From Octopus vulgaris (taxonomy: Eukaryota): 64,000 nt of DNA. The translations under genes and the position numbers were made by a program. The stretch spans positions 74,338,001-74,402,000 of the forward strand of contig OX597818.1 of assembly GCA_951406725.2 (NCBI GenBank). The letters run 5' to 3'. Positions 27,288 to 41,297 of the stretch are shown here, piece after piece; the stretch's first letter is position 1; each line of letters begins with the position of its first letter. The notes under the pieces are model-generated. The model was given only the letters and a program-made list of their open reading frames with translations. It did no database searches and was not told where the DNA came from.

Positions 27288-27530
27288 AGGAGCATGGCTT
27301 ACCGGTTAGGGGTATTCGGGTCAGGAGAGTAAGGTCGTGTGCTCGATTCCCGACGTTGCGTCTTTCAACATGGCTTCATTTCATGTTGCCCCTGTTCATT
27401 TAGCTGGTAAGAATGAGATGTACCTGTAATTCTCCTCGAGAACTATGTGAAGGGTGTAGTGCCTGTCGATGAAACGCGTAGTACCTTGCACGTTAATTTT
27501 GTCAGCAGATCGAGGAATAAGTCAGCTGCC
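27288..27530 (+). mobile_element. SINE family C, diverged
   Basis: gagcatggcttaccggttagg...gctcgattccc...cacgttaatttt similar to the 50873 copy. Confidence 0.65.
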
Positions 27531-28802
27531 TAAAGAGTGGTTATATGAGGAAGGCGAGTGGGCTGATATGGAGATAATGATTCAAGTAAACAAATAAACA
27601 GGCTTGGGCTTGATATAAAGTATATATACATACGTACATATATAGATGTAAATATATACAGGGGCAAAATTGAGATAGTGAAACGAATGCTGAAAACATT
27701 CGGAAGATGAACATTCATACATAAGTATATAGTTATTTGTATATTAGCAGAAGTTATCTCCTCACTTTGAATTCAATTCACATTGACCTCAGCTTTGCCT
27801 TCCATCTTCAGGTCATTTCTGAACACCAGAAAATTATCTTTCGCATTGTTATTCCGGGGGAATATTATAATCGCTGTGACACAGGTTAAAATGCCTTTCG
27901 TTTATTTGAGAAACCTCTTGAGCTGAATATCATTGTCGCTTTGTCTTTTCGAACTCCATCTGTCCAAGTCAAACAATATAAATACCCGTAATACAGATAA
28001 AATTAACCCATGTAACATTGTGGAAATGTATTTGTAATATACACAGAGTTAGAGAATTTTAAGGGGGACACCAGAGAATTGTTAATGGTCTATGTCTGAA
28101 ATGTTTTATTTGGTTATTGAAAGCTTAATATAGAGGCAGTTACAAGTCAGAGGTCTGTACAAATGCCATGTTTCCACGTTTCCATGCATCTATCCATTTT
28201 TGTTGTGGATGTAGATTCCTATCAGAAGCAACAATCATTGTATTCTCCTGCTTGATTTCCGAGAGTGATCAACTGATATAAGCGTGGCAAAACAGTTGAA
28301 TATTTCCCTGATATCTCGTTTAAGATCAATCGCAAGATTTCCTGTCGGTTGGCTCGGCTTCAAAACTCTGTCTTGCAATCCCTTCTTACGTCAATTTAAC
28401 TGCATGTCTGTAGTACGAGAGCTGTGACTCCTCAATGTTGAGAAGTGGCGACTTGATCTAACCCAGAGAGATTCTTGATCTTCGAATAACGTTAGTCGAC
28501 AGCGCGTTTACATGATGAACGCATTTGCGCGATTTTGGACGTAGGGAAAAGTAAGAAAGTGTATTGTATAATGAATTAGTTATGATATTACCTAAAACAT
28601 GAAAGTCATTGTGATGGTTCCCAATCTGCTTCTATTAAGAATGAAATGTGACTGAAGTTATATGTTTTGCCGTTTCAAAAAGGATGGAATAATTGGCTAA
28701 AAGAAATGTCCGATTGAAATGGCTGAAACATCTCTGAGCATAACTATGTTCAGCTCTACTCAGAGCTGAACTGGAGCTAAACAACAACAACAACAACAAT
28801 AA

Positions 28803-28861
<59 letters not shown>

Positions 28862-28865
<4 letters not shown>

Positions 28866-29411
28866 TGCAGTACCAGGCAGTGGCTCTCATGGCTTCTGAT
28901 CTTAACTGATTGGAAGTGTTATCACGTACATTGTTTTGTCTTCGTATAAAAGATGGGCTACAGTAAATATTCTGCTCAATACCACAGATTTGCTTGTCAG
29001 TTGTTTGACCTTAACTAGTTGAGCATGTCCCTTAGTGGCTGACGATATGTGCATCTCTGATCACGAGCAGAAGTAGTGGGGGAGCATCATAGCCATGTGT
29101 TGAGAGGGATTCTTTGGGGTTTGAATAATTCACCTCTGGAAACATGGGTGTTTCGTTCAACGTCCTTGGACAGCCCTTATTCAGGGACCTTTTGAGCGGG
29201 ATGGGTTACTCGATCTGAAGAAAATTCTAACTGGGCTCCACCTGCAAGGTCATGTGCTGTTTATCTTGATATGAGATCACCATGTCACGCACATATGGTT
29301 GTGATGCTTGTGCCTGGTGTGCCCTTATCGGACGGGTAGTCATGATGGGTATACTGGGCTTCGTATATTTTACCCCAGTGTCACTTTGATGGCATGCTCT
29401 GCTCGCTCACT
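28862..29411 (+). mobile_element. 3' UTR of a non-LTR retrotransposon embedded in (AAT)n (R4/Dong-like, inferred)
   Basis: Non-coding complex segment flanked on both sides by (AAT)n; a second copy of its 3' tip lies at 19577, also next to (TTA)n. Dong-type elements are known to target (TAA)n. Confidence 0.6.
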
Positions 29412-29412
29412 C

Positions 29413-29478
<66 letters not shown>

Positions 29479-30066
29479 TTTAGAAATTTAAACAGTGAAT
29501 AGCATAGGTAGTCCACTGGAAATGGAATTCCGCTCTTGCAGACACAAATCATTGTTATTTAAATTGATAATTGAACCTAGTTATCAACAAGAAATCCTTT
29601 AGGATACGATACAAATATTCTCTGATCTTCGTTAGTAATTAAATAATCGCTTGAATAAGATTGTGTAAAACATTTCAACGATCAATTAGACAGGCCATGT
29701 GGATGATGACAGTGATATATAACATAACATTGTTCGAAATTTCAGTATTCTACCTCAAAATATATATCATCAGAATTTTAAAAAGTCACGCTACTGACTC
29801 TACATGACACTGTCTTAAATATTCCCAAAATTTAACTTCTAAATCAATGGATCAAAGGACTGAATATTTAAACTATGATTAGGAAATAATGAGGTATTTT
29901 ATAGATATCTAATGTTAAGTGTGAGATAACTTACAAATTGACGATTCTACGTGCTTTCTTCGAGGATTGGTGAGCGAAAACATGCATACACGTTTATATT
30001 TTCATACATACAGACACACACATGTGTTCTTTACACACATATATAAATATGTATGCATATGTATGC

Positions 30067-30109
<43 letters not shown>

Positions 30110-30144
30110 TATACATATATATATGTATATTCATATAGATATCA

Positions 30145-30187
<43 letters not shown>

Positions 30188-30299
30188 AAGGAGTTTGTAT
30201 GATTTTGCATAGAAGAATATATTACTCAAATGAATTTCAACTATGTTTTTCATGTTTTATTTATAATCTGATAATATTCTTTTTCTTTTCTTTTATTCT

Positions 30300-30768
<469 letters not shown>

Positions 30769-30870
30769 AATATAATATAAAATAATATTGTAAAAAGAAA
30801 TGAAATGAAGTATTATTTGTCTATTCTTAATAATAAATGAAATATTAAATGTCCATTCTTATTGATCATT

Positions 30871-31079
30871 GCCAGACAGGTAATGCACTATCTGAACGTT
30901 CACGTGTGTACCGACAACAAATTAAAAATCCAGAAGTCCGCCAAATACCGCTGAGTATTTAGCAATATGTGGCCGGAAAATATTTATAATCTTTCCATTT
31001 CATAAAATATACAATCCGAATGAAATCGAGAGAAAAGGACTTTATTGATAAATTCAAACCCAAGTTTAATAAACATTAA
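30871..31079 (+). pseudogene. PLE GIY-YIG C-terminal remnant
   Basis: QTGNALSERSRVYRQQIKNPEVRQIPLS...FIIFPFHK...FIDKFKPKFNKH* aligns with the end of the other PLE ORFs (frameshifted). Confidence 0.8.
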
Positions 31080-31316
31080 TAAAGAATAGTTTTATTTAAG
31101 GTTTAAAAGTCTTATCACCATATCTAAAAAAATATAAATCTCTAAAAAGTAGTGCTGTCATCATTTCTAAAAATAAACACTGAAAAATGGTATGGCATCA
31201 TTTCTAAAAATAGCCAAGCAACTATTACTTCTATCCACAGGAATGTGGATAAAGGACAAAATTTAACTAGTCAGCCACAGTTGAAACCAATGAACACAAC
31301 TGTCACCACGACCATA

Positions 31317-31359
31317 TGAACCTGAAGATTGCATAAATGCAAGAAAGTATACTAGTTTA
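31317..31359 (+). ncRNA. Minimal type-I hammerhead ribozyme in PLE 3' UTR
   Basis: tgaac-CTGAAGA-TTGCA taaa TGCAA-GAAA-GTATAC-TA-gttta. Canonical core, 5-bp stem II, palindromic stem III, CUA triplet. Confidence 0.85.
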
Positions 31360-31494
31360 ATAAGAATGGACATTTAATATTTCATTTGTTCAATAGGAAT
31401 AGACAATACTTCATTTCATTTCGTTGTACTATATTATTTTATATCTTATATTAATATTATGTTTATAAATAAAAGGTGAAAAACACTTATATAA

Positions 31495-31572
<78 letters not shown>

Positions 31573-34500
31573 CATATATACATACATACATACATACATA
31601 CATACATACACACATACATACATACATACATACATACATACATACATACATACATACATACATACATACATACATACATACATAGCCACACACTGATATA
31701 CGCGCCCACACAGACACGTGCACATATGTATGATTTCATCAAGAGGCCGAACATCAGATGCCTTACAAAACTAAGCGCTAGGTAGTCATTTTTATCCACC
31801 AGTAACATTCGTAGCTCCTCGAATTCATATTGTCTGTCTGCCAACAATAAGTATTTCGGTGTCCTTGGTCCTCTATTAAGCTTAGAAAGTTTTTCAGCAC
31901 TATGGATTGTTGTTGAGCACAATAGTAGTGAGTGAGCTGAAAAGCCTATGCTACTTTTGAGCATCAGTAGTTGAGACAGTTGGAAAGAGTTAATAAATCT
32001 CCTCTTTGCTCTTGAGGCTATTATATGACATGCTTTGACATCCATGAGAAACCTAGTTCATGTAGCATCAATGTGAAATCTAAGCATCAATTGTCAGTTC
32101 AGTTTTCGACACCATGCAGATGAATGCTCTCTACGCACCCCTTGATATTCTTGTGTGGTCTCATCATCATCAGCTACAGCACCTGCAGAAGCAGCAAGAA
32201 CAGTATCACCATCATCATAATCATCATCATCATTATCATCATCATTGTCTATCTACTAGAATACTTAGATTATGAACTTCGTCCAGTGCGATAATAGATA
32301 TGTCACATATCTCATTCTATGGTCAGTGTGTTTCTATCGTCAGCAAAATGCCACATCACTATCAGGGGCCCAACGACGGTATTTAAAGGGCCCCCATAGT
32401 CCATGCTCGAATAGGAAAATGACATTTCTGATATCAAGGCCAACAGAAAACTCCACATTTCTTTTAGATGATACAACAAACTACAGATGTCCTCGTGATA
32501 TCTAGGTGGTGAATTGAGGCGGTGGTGGGGACGTAGTGTTATTAACAGTACACTGTTAACGTTGAAAACCATTTAGTGTATCTGTATGTAGCAGCCATTA
32601 AGGGACTTGGCTATACACCTAATGAAGATATATACTTCACGACATAATATGAGGTTTGTCTCTCTCTCTGCTATGAGGAAGTGTTTACATAGAATGAAAT
32701 CTCAGATAATCTTCATGTCTTCTATGTAAGGCCACAGAGCGCATTCATGTCTCTATGCTCACCCGCTATTCGATGGTCTGAACTTATATGCTCTACATAA
32801 AGATAAAAAAACAATACGCCATTTTGAGAAAAACGCGTACACACATTGTATTTACTTCTTTCAGATATTGATATTCAAAAATTTCAGTATTATTATAGAG
32901 GTGTCATTTTAAGACAGATTAATTTTTCCGTTAAGTGAAAGTATGAAGACAACCATTTCCTCATAGAACAGACCTGAACAACTTCTAACTAACGCACTTC
33001 ATTTTGTTTCCACTTCATACACAAAATTTATTATATAATTCAAAGTCAAATTCTTTTCTTTTTGTTTTTTGATATTTTTATAAAATTTCAAATCTCAAAA
33101 CTTACAACTTTTATCTAGTTATTCATTATTTAGTTTTTCATTTTAATCTCCAGTTTTTCTCCAATAAATTGCTGTTGTGTTTCTTATTGCTTTCAAAACT
33201 GGAAAATTAGAAATGGTGATGTATGTGTTTGAGAATATTTTGTTTACACTTTTCATTCAAAGTGTATGTCTATGCGTGCGTGAGTGCGTGTATGTGTATG
33301 GATGTGAGTATGTCTGTGTGTGCGTGTGTGTGTACGCCAATGTCAGCGTGTGCATGTGTATGTGTATGTTAGTATTATATGTGCATGTGTGTTTGCTTAT
33401 GTTAGTGAATGTGTATGTATTTGGGTGTATATGTAAGTGTGTGTGTCTGTAACACAATAGAATAGCGGTTGATGAAAATATCGAAACAATTCTCTTTTAT
33501 CAGTCCATCCCCAGAGCTGGCTATTGTTTTTGCATGCTTTTAATTTTCTTGCTTAATGGATTCTTTTAACCATATTCTTTGTAAACATTCTCACTATAGA
33601 TTGTTTTTAGTTTTGATTTGTGCTTAATTTCATAGACTGGAGGAAAATAAAAAGGAAATCTAAAAAAGTCAACATTGAATTCAAAACGCTAACATTGACA
33701 TTTTAAGTTGTTATTTATGAAATTTATTTATATTTCGTAGAATTATTATCAAAATTTATGACAATACGTTAGTACAGCGACACAAGACATTACTAAGATA
33801 GGACATTCTCTGTTGATAAAGTTGTCATTAAATATTATAGATAATGTCTTGTCTCAGAATGAGAGACAGATGACTATGCAATATGTGTGCGCATGTGTGT
33901 GTATGTGTGTACTGGTATTTGCTCGCGTGTTTGACGTGTGTGTGTGCTTGCGTGTGTGTTTAAGAGAGAGTGTGTGTGTGCGTGTACGTGTGCGTATGCA
34001 TATGTGTGTGTGACTCAAGGCCCGTGTGTGCGTTTTTATACTTGAATTCCAAGATCCTTCATCTGGTGCTGAAATACAATTTTTTCTCACTCGAGCGAGT
34101 TATTATGATTAGAAACATAGGCACTGGTTTTATTTCACGTCATAATTGGTCAATATAATTAGTCAAATTTTAAACTATTTTTACCAAATGACTAATCAAT
34201 TCCTTGATTAAGCGCGCGGCCCTTCTATCTATCAATTAATCAATCAGCGATGATATGTCATTCATGAGGTCGAGGATAGTGACAAAAGAAATCTGAATAA
34301 TCTTGCTAAATGATTGATTGACCGAACAAACAATCGATTGGTCAATTGGATTAATGGTTACCTAGTTGACTAATTACAGTAAAATTAGTGAAACATTCCC
34401 GATGCGTGTGTTTTGTATTGGCGTAATCACACTCTGAAGTTTTTTAAAGCACATACATAATATCTCTGTGAGAAGTGAATACTATAATTAAACTACATGC

Positions 34501-37500
34501 TTTGCCTTCTGTAAGTCTACCCGCGACTATTTTCGGTATTTGTTATTTTTGACTGATATTCCTAAGCAAAATGAAATATATAAATTACACCTAATTATGC
34601 TATGCACAAACATATATTTGCAAAATCATTTGTAAAATAATGTAGCAGTTCGTAACACGAATAGAAGAACCTTTAAAACAGAGGAAAGAATAAATAAAAA
34701 CATTCTGGATTAATCTAAAGAAGGAAGTTCGGAAACGTTCTCGATAAGCATCCTGGAACGATAATAGATTGGGTAACGCACACTGTTGTTAAATAAAAAT
34801 ATGCATTCATCCAGTTCCTGAAGTAAATCGCTCCTATACAAAATTTGTCAATCATTAGTTCCGCCATTACCGCTAATAACCTAATAACATACAAAATTAT
34901 TCCAAGCTAGAAAAAAAAATATTTTCTGTAATAATAACTTATTGATAATTAAAAAAATAGCACAGCTATGTTTGATATCTGCATACGTGTGCATAGACGG
35001 AGTCGCATAAATACTCGATACACTATTTCTTCATATTTTAAATAAAACGATATTGAATTGCAAGTGTAGTGTAAGGTTGAACTTTTCTTCAATATGTTTT
35101 GCCTAAATTATTGAAGAGTCATATAAACAAAGATTGGAACAAAATTCTTTTCTCTACATTGATTTGTAATCAATGTAAACAAGATTGATTACCAATCATT
35201 TTAAGTTCATATACATATGCCCTTTAAAACATTTTCAAATCCCACACCACATCATATCTACCAACCACAGTTTTGACAACTTTGAAATTTAACTGCTTAA
35301 GATATAACTGTAATTTAAATAAAACATCTATTACAAAATCGTGACAGGAAAATTCCCCTACTATTCGACGAGTCATATAATGTCGAAACTTTTAATCAAG
35401 ATATGTATAAACACCATATGAGTGTTTGTGCGTGCATGCGCGTATGAGCATGTGTGTGTGTGTGCGTGTGTGTGTACGCGTGTGTGTACGCGTGTGTGTG
35501 TACGCGTGTGTGAACGCGTATGTGTGTGTGTGCGAGTCTTTGTGTGTGAGTGTAAGTGTATTTATGTGTGTGACTGCAATCTAAGACGGGTAATCATGGC
35601 AACGCTTTAACTTTATCAATCTCATCAGTCTGGAAGTAGCAGTGAATTTCAAAGGGTACAGCCACGTCTTTCAGTTTAAACAAGAAAAAAAAAAAAAAAA
35701 AAGAAAAAAATGAACAGATATATGTGTCTTAAGTGATCGGAATACATTCAATTGTGTGCTGTGAATGCTGGAAAATTGTAATAAGATTAACACTTAATAT
35801 TATTTTTCTTTTCACTTCGCATATTTTGTCAAGAATTTCTAGTTAGCATTTTTAATACCGCGTCTACAGAATATATTAACACTCTCTTTCCGAAATATTA
35901 TAATGCATTCATTTAAGTTGGTAACTGCTTTGATGATGCCCTATTATAAGTTGTCTCTGTGCAATACACCGTGTATATGATTAGCAATATTGATTTTTCT
36001 CAAATCAATATATGTTGACTATTACTAAGTTATATCTAAAAATTAAAAAAAAGTAATTATATTATTAATTACTGAAATATTATAAGGAAACAGTTAAATG
36101 TGTATTAACTATGCTTCGCAAATATTGTAAACTTGACAACTTTTATTCGTGCAATCTGCGACAATACAATAAGGAATCTCTTCGACATTTAATACTTTTT
36201 AGACACTGTTACCATTCGTCTGTATAAATACCTTTGTTCAATAAACGTGAAACCTTTAGAATTCTGTTTATAACATGAATTCTCCAGCATGCAACATACT
36301 GATCAGCAATTCTATATATTATTGTTATTCAATAATAACGAATATTTTCTAAACCTCTATTTGCTTCTTGCATGTTCCTAACATTCAGTTCTGCTATTCT
36401 CTAGGCCCTTGCAGAAGCCATGATTAAAGTCTTAATTATTCCATTATCAACGTTCTTGCTTTTATAGATTCTTTCCCATTATATGAAAACATTTCTTATG
36501 TCGTACACGGCTACAGTATATTGTATAATATCGTGATATGCGTATTATAAAGCTTTCCAATTGATTACACATCAATATGTTCTTTATATTTTGTATTAAA
36601 TAAGGTTTTATTCCGGTGCTATATGTCATGCAAATGTTTACCATCCCTGGGTTTCTTTATTTGCAATTTCTGTACGCGCTATATTAGGGTACTCAAGTGA
36701 ACTGTTTATAATGTTTTATTCTATAGGAATATTATGCAGTTATAATGAAATTTGTATATAACTCAACAAATATTTTGCAACAACATCCAACGTCGATTTC
36801 ATGTTAGACTTAAGATTTCGCACTCCTACCAGCAATGGATAATGCAACTACTAATACAGAGGTAACAATGGCCGATAAGAGGCAGATAGTTTGCTACTAT
36901 CGAAAATAGTTTCAAGATTTTGGATGCATTTCTTGTCAGAGTAATTGACTTAGCCTGCAGTATTCAATTTAATGCAAATTTACTTGAAGCGAAATTTAGA
37001 CCCGTGAAGAAAACGAACCTGAAAATGTAAATTTATCTCTCGATCTACTTTGTTACATAAAATCTTAATTAGTAATGTCATACTTTACTTAAGTTGCTGA
37101 AATTAAGTTACATGCACAATCAGAATTGTAACAGAGACAAATACTTTATGAACATTGAATATGCAGTTGCTATTGATTAGCATTGTGTGAAATTTTATTC
37201 AGTATAACTATAACCACCCTAATCCATTTAGGTTGTCAATGAAGGATACGTAAGGATAGGAAGGATACGTAAGATAATATTATCTTACGTACCCTTCCTT
37301 TATTTAATGTTGTTGTCAAACAATATCTCAAATTGAAATATATAGCATTTGAACATTATACTTTACATTTTATATAGTGGTGGTGGTGGTGGAGTGAAAT
37401 ATAATTGATTGTATCGATATCAATATTCCAGTAGGATCCTTTGATGCTATAGGTACATGAAGCCGGAATAATCCTTATTTACAAGCCATTCGGGACGCTT

Positions 37501-38815
37501 CTGAGTAATCTGGGACGCCATTCCGTCGCACAAGTAAATTCTAGTTGCCATATTCAGCAAGAAATATTTGAGTAATATGAAATATCTTGCTCAATGAGTC
37601 AGCGTGTCGCCCTGTCCTAGATTCGAACTAACGACCTAACGCTCCTGAACTATACATCCTAAATTCTAAGTCATGCACATTCGCATGCTTATATTTATTG
37701 TTTCTTTAGATTTCACAACTGGATGATTGAAATCCAAAATTAACTTTAAGGGTATTTGAACTCGGCAAATAGTAGAACCTAACTTGATTCAATAACACCC
37801 TTTGTCTGACACTGCAAAAATTTCGCCAACCTATGCCCTGCACCGTTTGAATGCCACATAATTCAACAGAGTTGGCAATCAAATAAAGTGGATTTGTTTT
37901 GGCAATTTATCCTAAAGCTGGCATTGAAATGTAGAAATATTATTGACTTTTGCATTGATTGATAACATTTGCCTCAGACGTCACATGCAATTATGTTGCA
38001 ATTATTTAAAACTTTTAACAAGTTTGTGAATAGTAATTAGGATTCTAATCTGACGGTGTATTTGATACATGTATAAAGATTAGAGGTGAAGAGACAGAAT
38101 TTTGATTTTGCAAAAATTTATGTACTTTAGGCTCTTTCGTTATTGTATTCATTCTCTCCGAGAAATGATTTCATGAGACTGTCCTCTAAGTTGATGGGGG
38201 TTATTAGGTGCCTGATTTCTAAAATTTAAATGAATTATACGACTAAATTAAACATTGATTTGTTATGTGCATTTATCGTAGTTTGCTGGTTTCTTTGCAA
38301 AAAAAAAAAACGAAAAAAGATTCATAACAACATCTTCTTGAAGCATAAGTAGTTTCCTTCCAGAGAATTAAATATATGCATGATGTGTAACAAAGTAAAT
38401 AGTGAACCGTTTAATATTACGAGAAAATAAACTTGAATCAGCATAAATACAGAGCAACTTCACTGAATATTCAACAGCATAAGTTCACTAAATGAAATAC
38501 CTTCATGTTGTTTAGGAAATTATTTTTACCATAATAGGGCATCGAAATTATCTGGAACATTTTAGGAAACTTTTCCTCTTTTTTTAGTGCAGCAATCAAA
38601 AAATATTATGTATTCGCAGAGATATATAAATTTCATAAAACACGTTTCTAAGAAGACACTTCATATAATTAATATTATATAATTAATAAATTCAGATATT
38701 GTTTTCACCACTTAAAAATCAACTGAATACTTATACAAATTTTGCCACTGTGAAACGCATAAATCTAAAACAATTAAAACTATTAAAACGTCACATTTTA
38801 TCTTTCTTTACCTCC

Positions 38816-39775
38816 ATGATCCCGGAGAATGGTGGGAGAATAACGGATGAAACAGGAACGGAAAAAAAGGGAATTGACCTGGACCGGAAATGGACAACGA
38901 GAAAGGAAGCGGTAAAGGAATGGTAGATGAGGAATTCAGCTGCTGCGGAAAGGTGTTTGCTAGTTACATTGGACTGAGAATTCATCAAGGAAAGGTGTGT
39001 CAGAGGAAAGTAATTGAAAAACCATAAGACGTGTGGCTAGAACCTCCTAGAAAGAAACCATAGCGAAGGTCATTCCACAGTTGAATCGGAACAGCCACAA
39101 AGTGATAGGCGTGAAGAAGCCAAATATTAAGTGGTCGAAGGGAAATGATGCAGCGAGCTATAATAGATTCGACGGCGAAGTAGCAAGAATGACCACCAAA
39201 TTCAAAGGAGACCTCGAACAAAAGCTCGAGAGCTTGGCTAATATGATCTTCCAGGAAGGAGAGAAAAGATTTGAACTTGAGTGGAGAATCATAGGCAAAG
39301 GGCGGACCATGGAGGAGAGACAGACGGATCGCAAAGATACGAGAAGAGAAGAAAAAACTCAGAACCTGATGGAGGGATGAAAAAGAGGGGGCAAAAGAAG
39401 GGTTAAAACATCTATATGAAGAGATAGAAAAGAGGCATCGAGAACTACTAAGAACAGAAAGAAGGAAGAACAGAAGAAAAGAGAGAGAAAAGAGCTATCA
39501 CAGTTTTGTAAACAACCCATAACAATATGCAAAACGTTTATTTACTGAAAGTAAAAGGGGAAGATTGGATTGCAAGAAAGAGGAACTCGAACGCCGTCTT
39601 AAAGGGACATACAGCGACGCTGATAGAAATAAAGTACTCCCAGAAATGCACGGGCTGAAGAAATCGCCTGAACCAAGGATACCATTCAATTCGAGTGACA
39701 TCAGACGAAAGGAAATGGATTAGTTCATAAGAAAAGCAAGAGCAAAATGTTCACCAGGGAACGATGGAGTATTGC
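38816..39775 (+). pseudogene. HERO-like (RLE-type non-LTR) N-terminal fragment
   Basis: Zn finger CCGKVFASYIGLRIHQGKVC, then IKWSK, FVNNP.QYAKRLFTESKRGRLDCKKEELERRLKGTYSD and RKARAKCSPGNDGV; breaks off before the RT core. Clade call is from recalled motifs. Confidence 0.7.
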
Positions 39776-39779
39776 CCGA

Positions 39780-40880
39780 AATTAACTTCAGGTCGTCCAT
39801 GAATAACAAGTGGTTCAGTTTTTCCCTTACCTCTTCCCAGATCATACCCCAACTTTGTTTTCTGTAGTATTTTACTTAAGGGGATCATTCCCAGCATGAA
39901 GATCAATGGGGACACACTGTCCTCCTGGAAGATACCTCTCTTGATTTTCACCTCTACTAATATTTGATTCCCTGCACTCAATTCCGTTCTCCAGTACTTC
40001 ATGCTATTCCATACAGCGGAAGGCATGTTATTGATATAATGTTGGATACAACATTGCCGTTTTCAGGATCCTTGGCACATAAGAATGGCTTTCCCTTTGT
40101 CATCCATCTGGGGACTGCGCCTTCCTGCAAGCATTCATCTAGATGTTGCGCTATCCTTTCAGCTTCTTCATCCAATAACCTTGGACCACATCCGGTCCTG
40201 GGCTCTTCCAATTTGAGAATTTTCTTAAATATTTTTTATCATATCTGTAGTTATTTTTATGTCTGCTTAGCCTTCTGTATTTCTTAACCTAGTTTGGATT
40301 TCATGCAAGCACTCTGCTTCATCATTATGCTCTACAGGTTGGTCCCAGATCCCACTCCAGAATGCCTTGCTTTTCTCTGCATCTGGTATTTTGTTACGTG
40401 AAAATGCCCATCTAGTTCCTGAAACATTTTGTTCTGATTTTCTTCAAATAGTCTATTTTGCCTGAATTGTTTTATTCTCTTGTCGTATATTTCCAGTTTT
40501 GCTTTGATTGCTACTACTCTTTGTTTCAATTCTTTCAATATTTCATCATATCTTTTATCTCTTATTCTGTGTTCTTTCTTATGCTTTCGTTCTGCAATTT
40601 CCCACTTCCCAATCTGTCAACTTGTCCTAAATACCTTTTTAACTTCCTTTCGTAGACATTCGTCTACCCTAGTATGGTTCTTTACGTTCTGTTTGTTCTC
40701 TTCTTTCCTATCCAACTCTACCTGTAGCAACCATAGCTGCAGCCCAAATAATCTTGCTAGTTTCAGTTATATTTCTCGTGTGGAATAGCCCAAGAACCGA
40801 AACTATCTTTTCGGATTCAACTTTAAACTTGCGTCGATCAATGTACCTCAGATTGGGGGATGCTTGATCCGGGTCTTCTC
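39780..40880 (-). pseudogene. R4/Dong-like non-LTR RT fragment
   Basis: ELKQRV.A...KL..Y..RIKQFRQNRLFEENQ; P.WMTKGK.FL..KDP; VKIKRGIFQEDSVSPLIF...IPLS.IL; frameshifted NHLLFMDDLKL at ~39780-39815. Confidence 0.8.
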
Positions 40881-40935
40881 TAATATATCGACACAGTATT
40901 GTCGTTGCTGCTGTTGCTTTTGTTGTTGTTGTTGA

Positions 40936-41116
40936 GGTAGCGAGCTGACATAATCGTTATCGGCATTTCGTCTGTCTTTAAGTTCTGAGTTCAAATTCCA
41001 CCAAGGTCGACTTAGCATGTCAACCCTCCTGGAGTCGATATTATAAGTACTAGTTGAAGACTGGGGTTGATGTGATCGACTTTCCGAAATTGCTGGCCTT
41101 GTGCCAAAATTTGAAA
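40936..41116 (+). mobile_element. SINE family A
   Basis: ggtagcgagctgac...gttctgagttcaaattccaccaaggtcgac...ggccttgtgccaaaatttgaaac. Confidence 0.8.
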
Positions 41117-41258
41117 CTATTATTATTATTGTTGCTGTTATTGTTGTTGTCGTCGTCATCGCCATCATCAAGGTGATTATCAGCAGTAGTACTTGTAGTA
41201 GTAGTAGTAGTTGTGGTGGTGGTGATGGTGGTGGTGGTGGTATTATTATTATTATTAT

Positions 41259-41297
<39 letters not shown>

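Noticed and set aside
31720-32160. 199-aa minus ORF 31446-32045, faintly resembling a decayed LINE APE endonuclease
   Set aside because: Half of it is microsatellite, and the remaining motifs are too degraded to call without a search.
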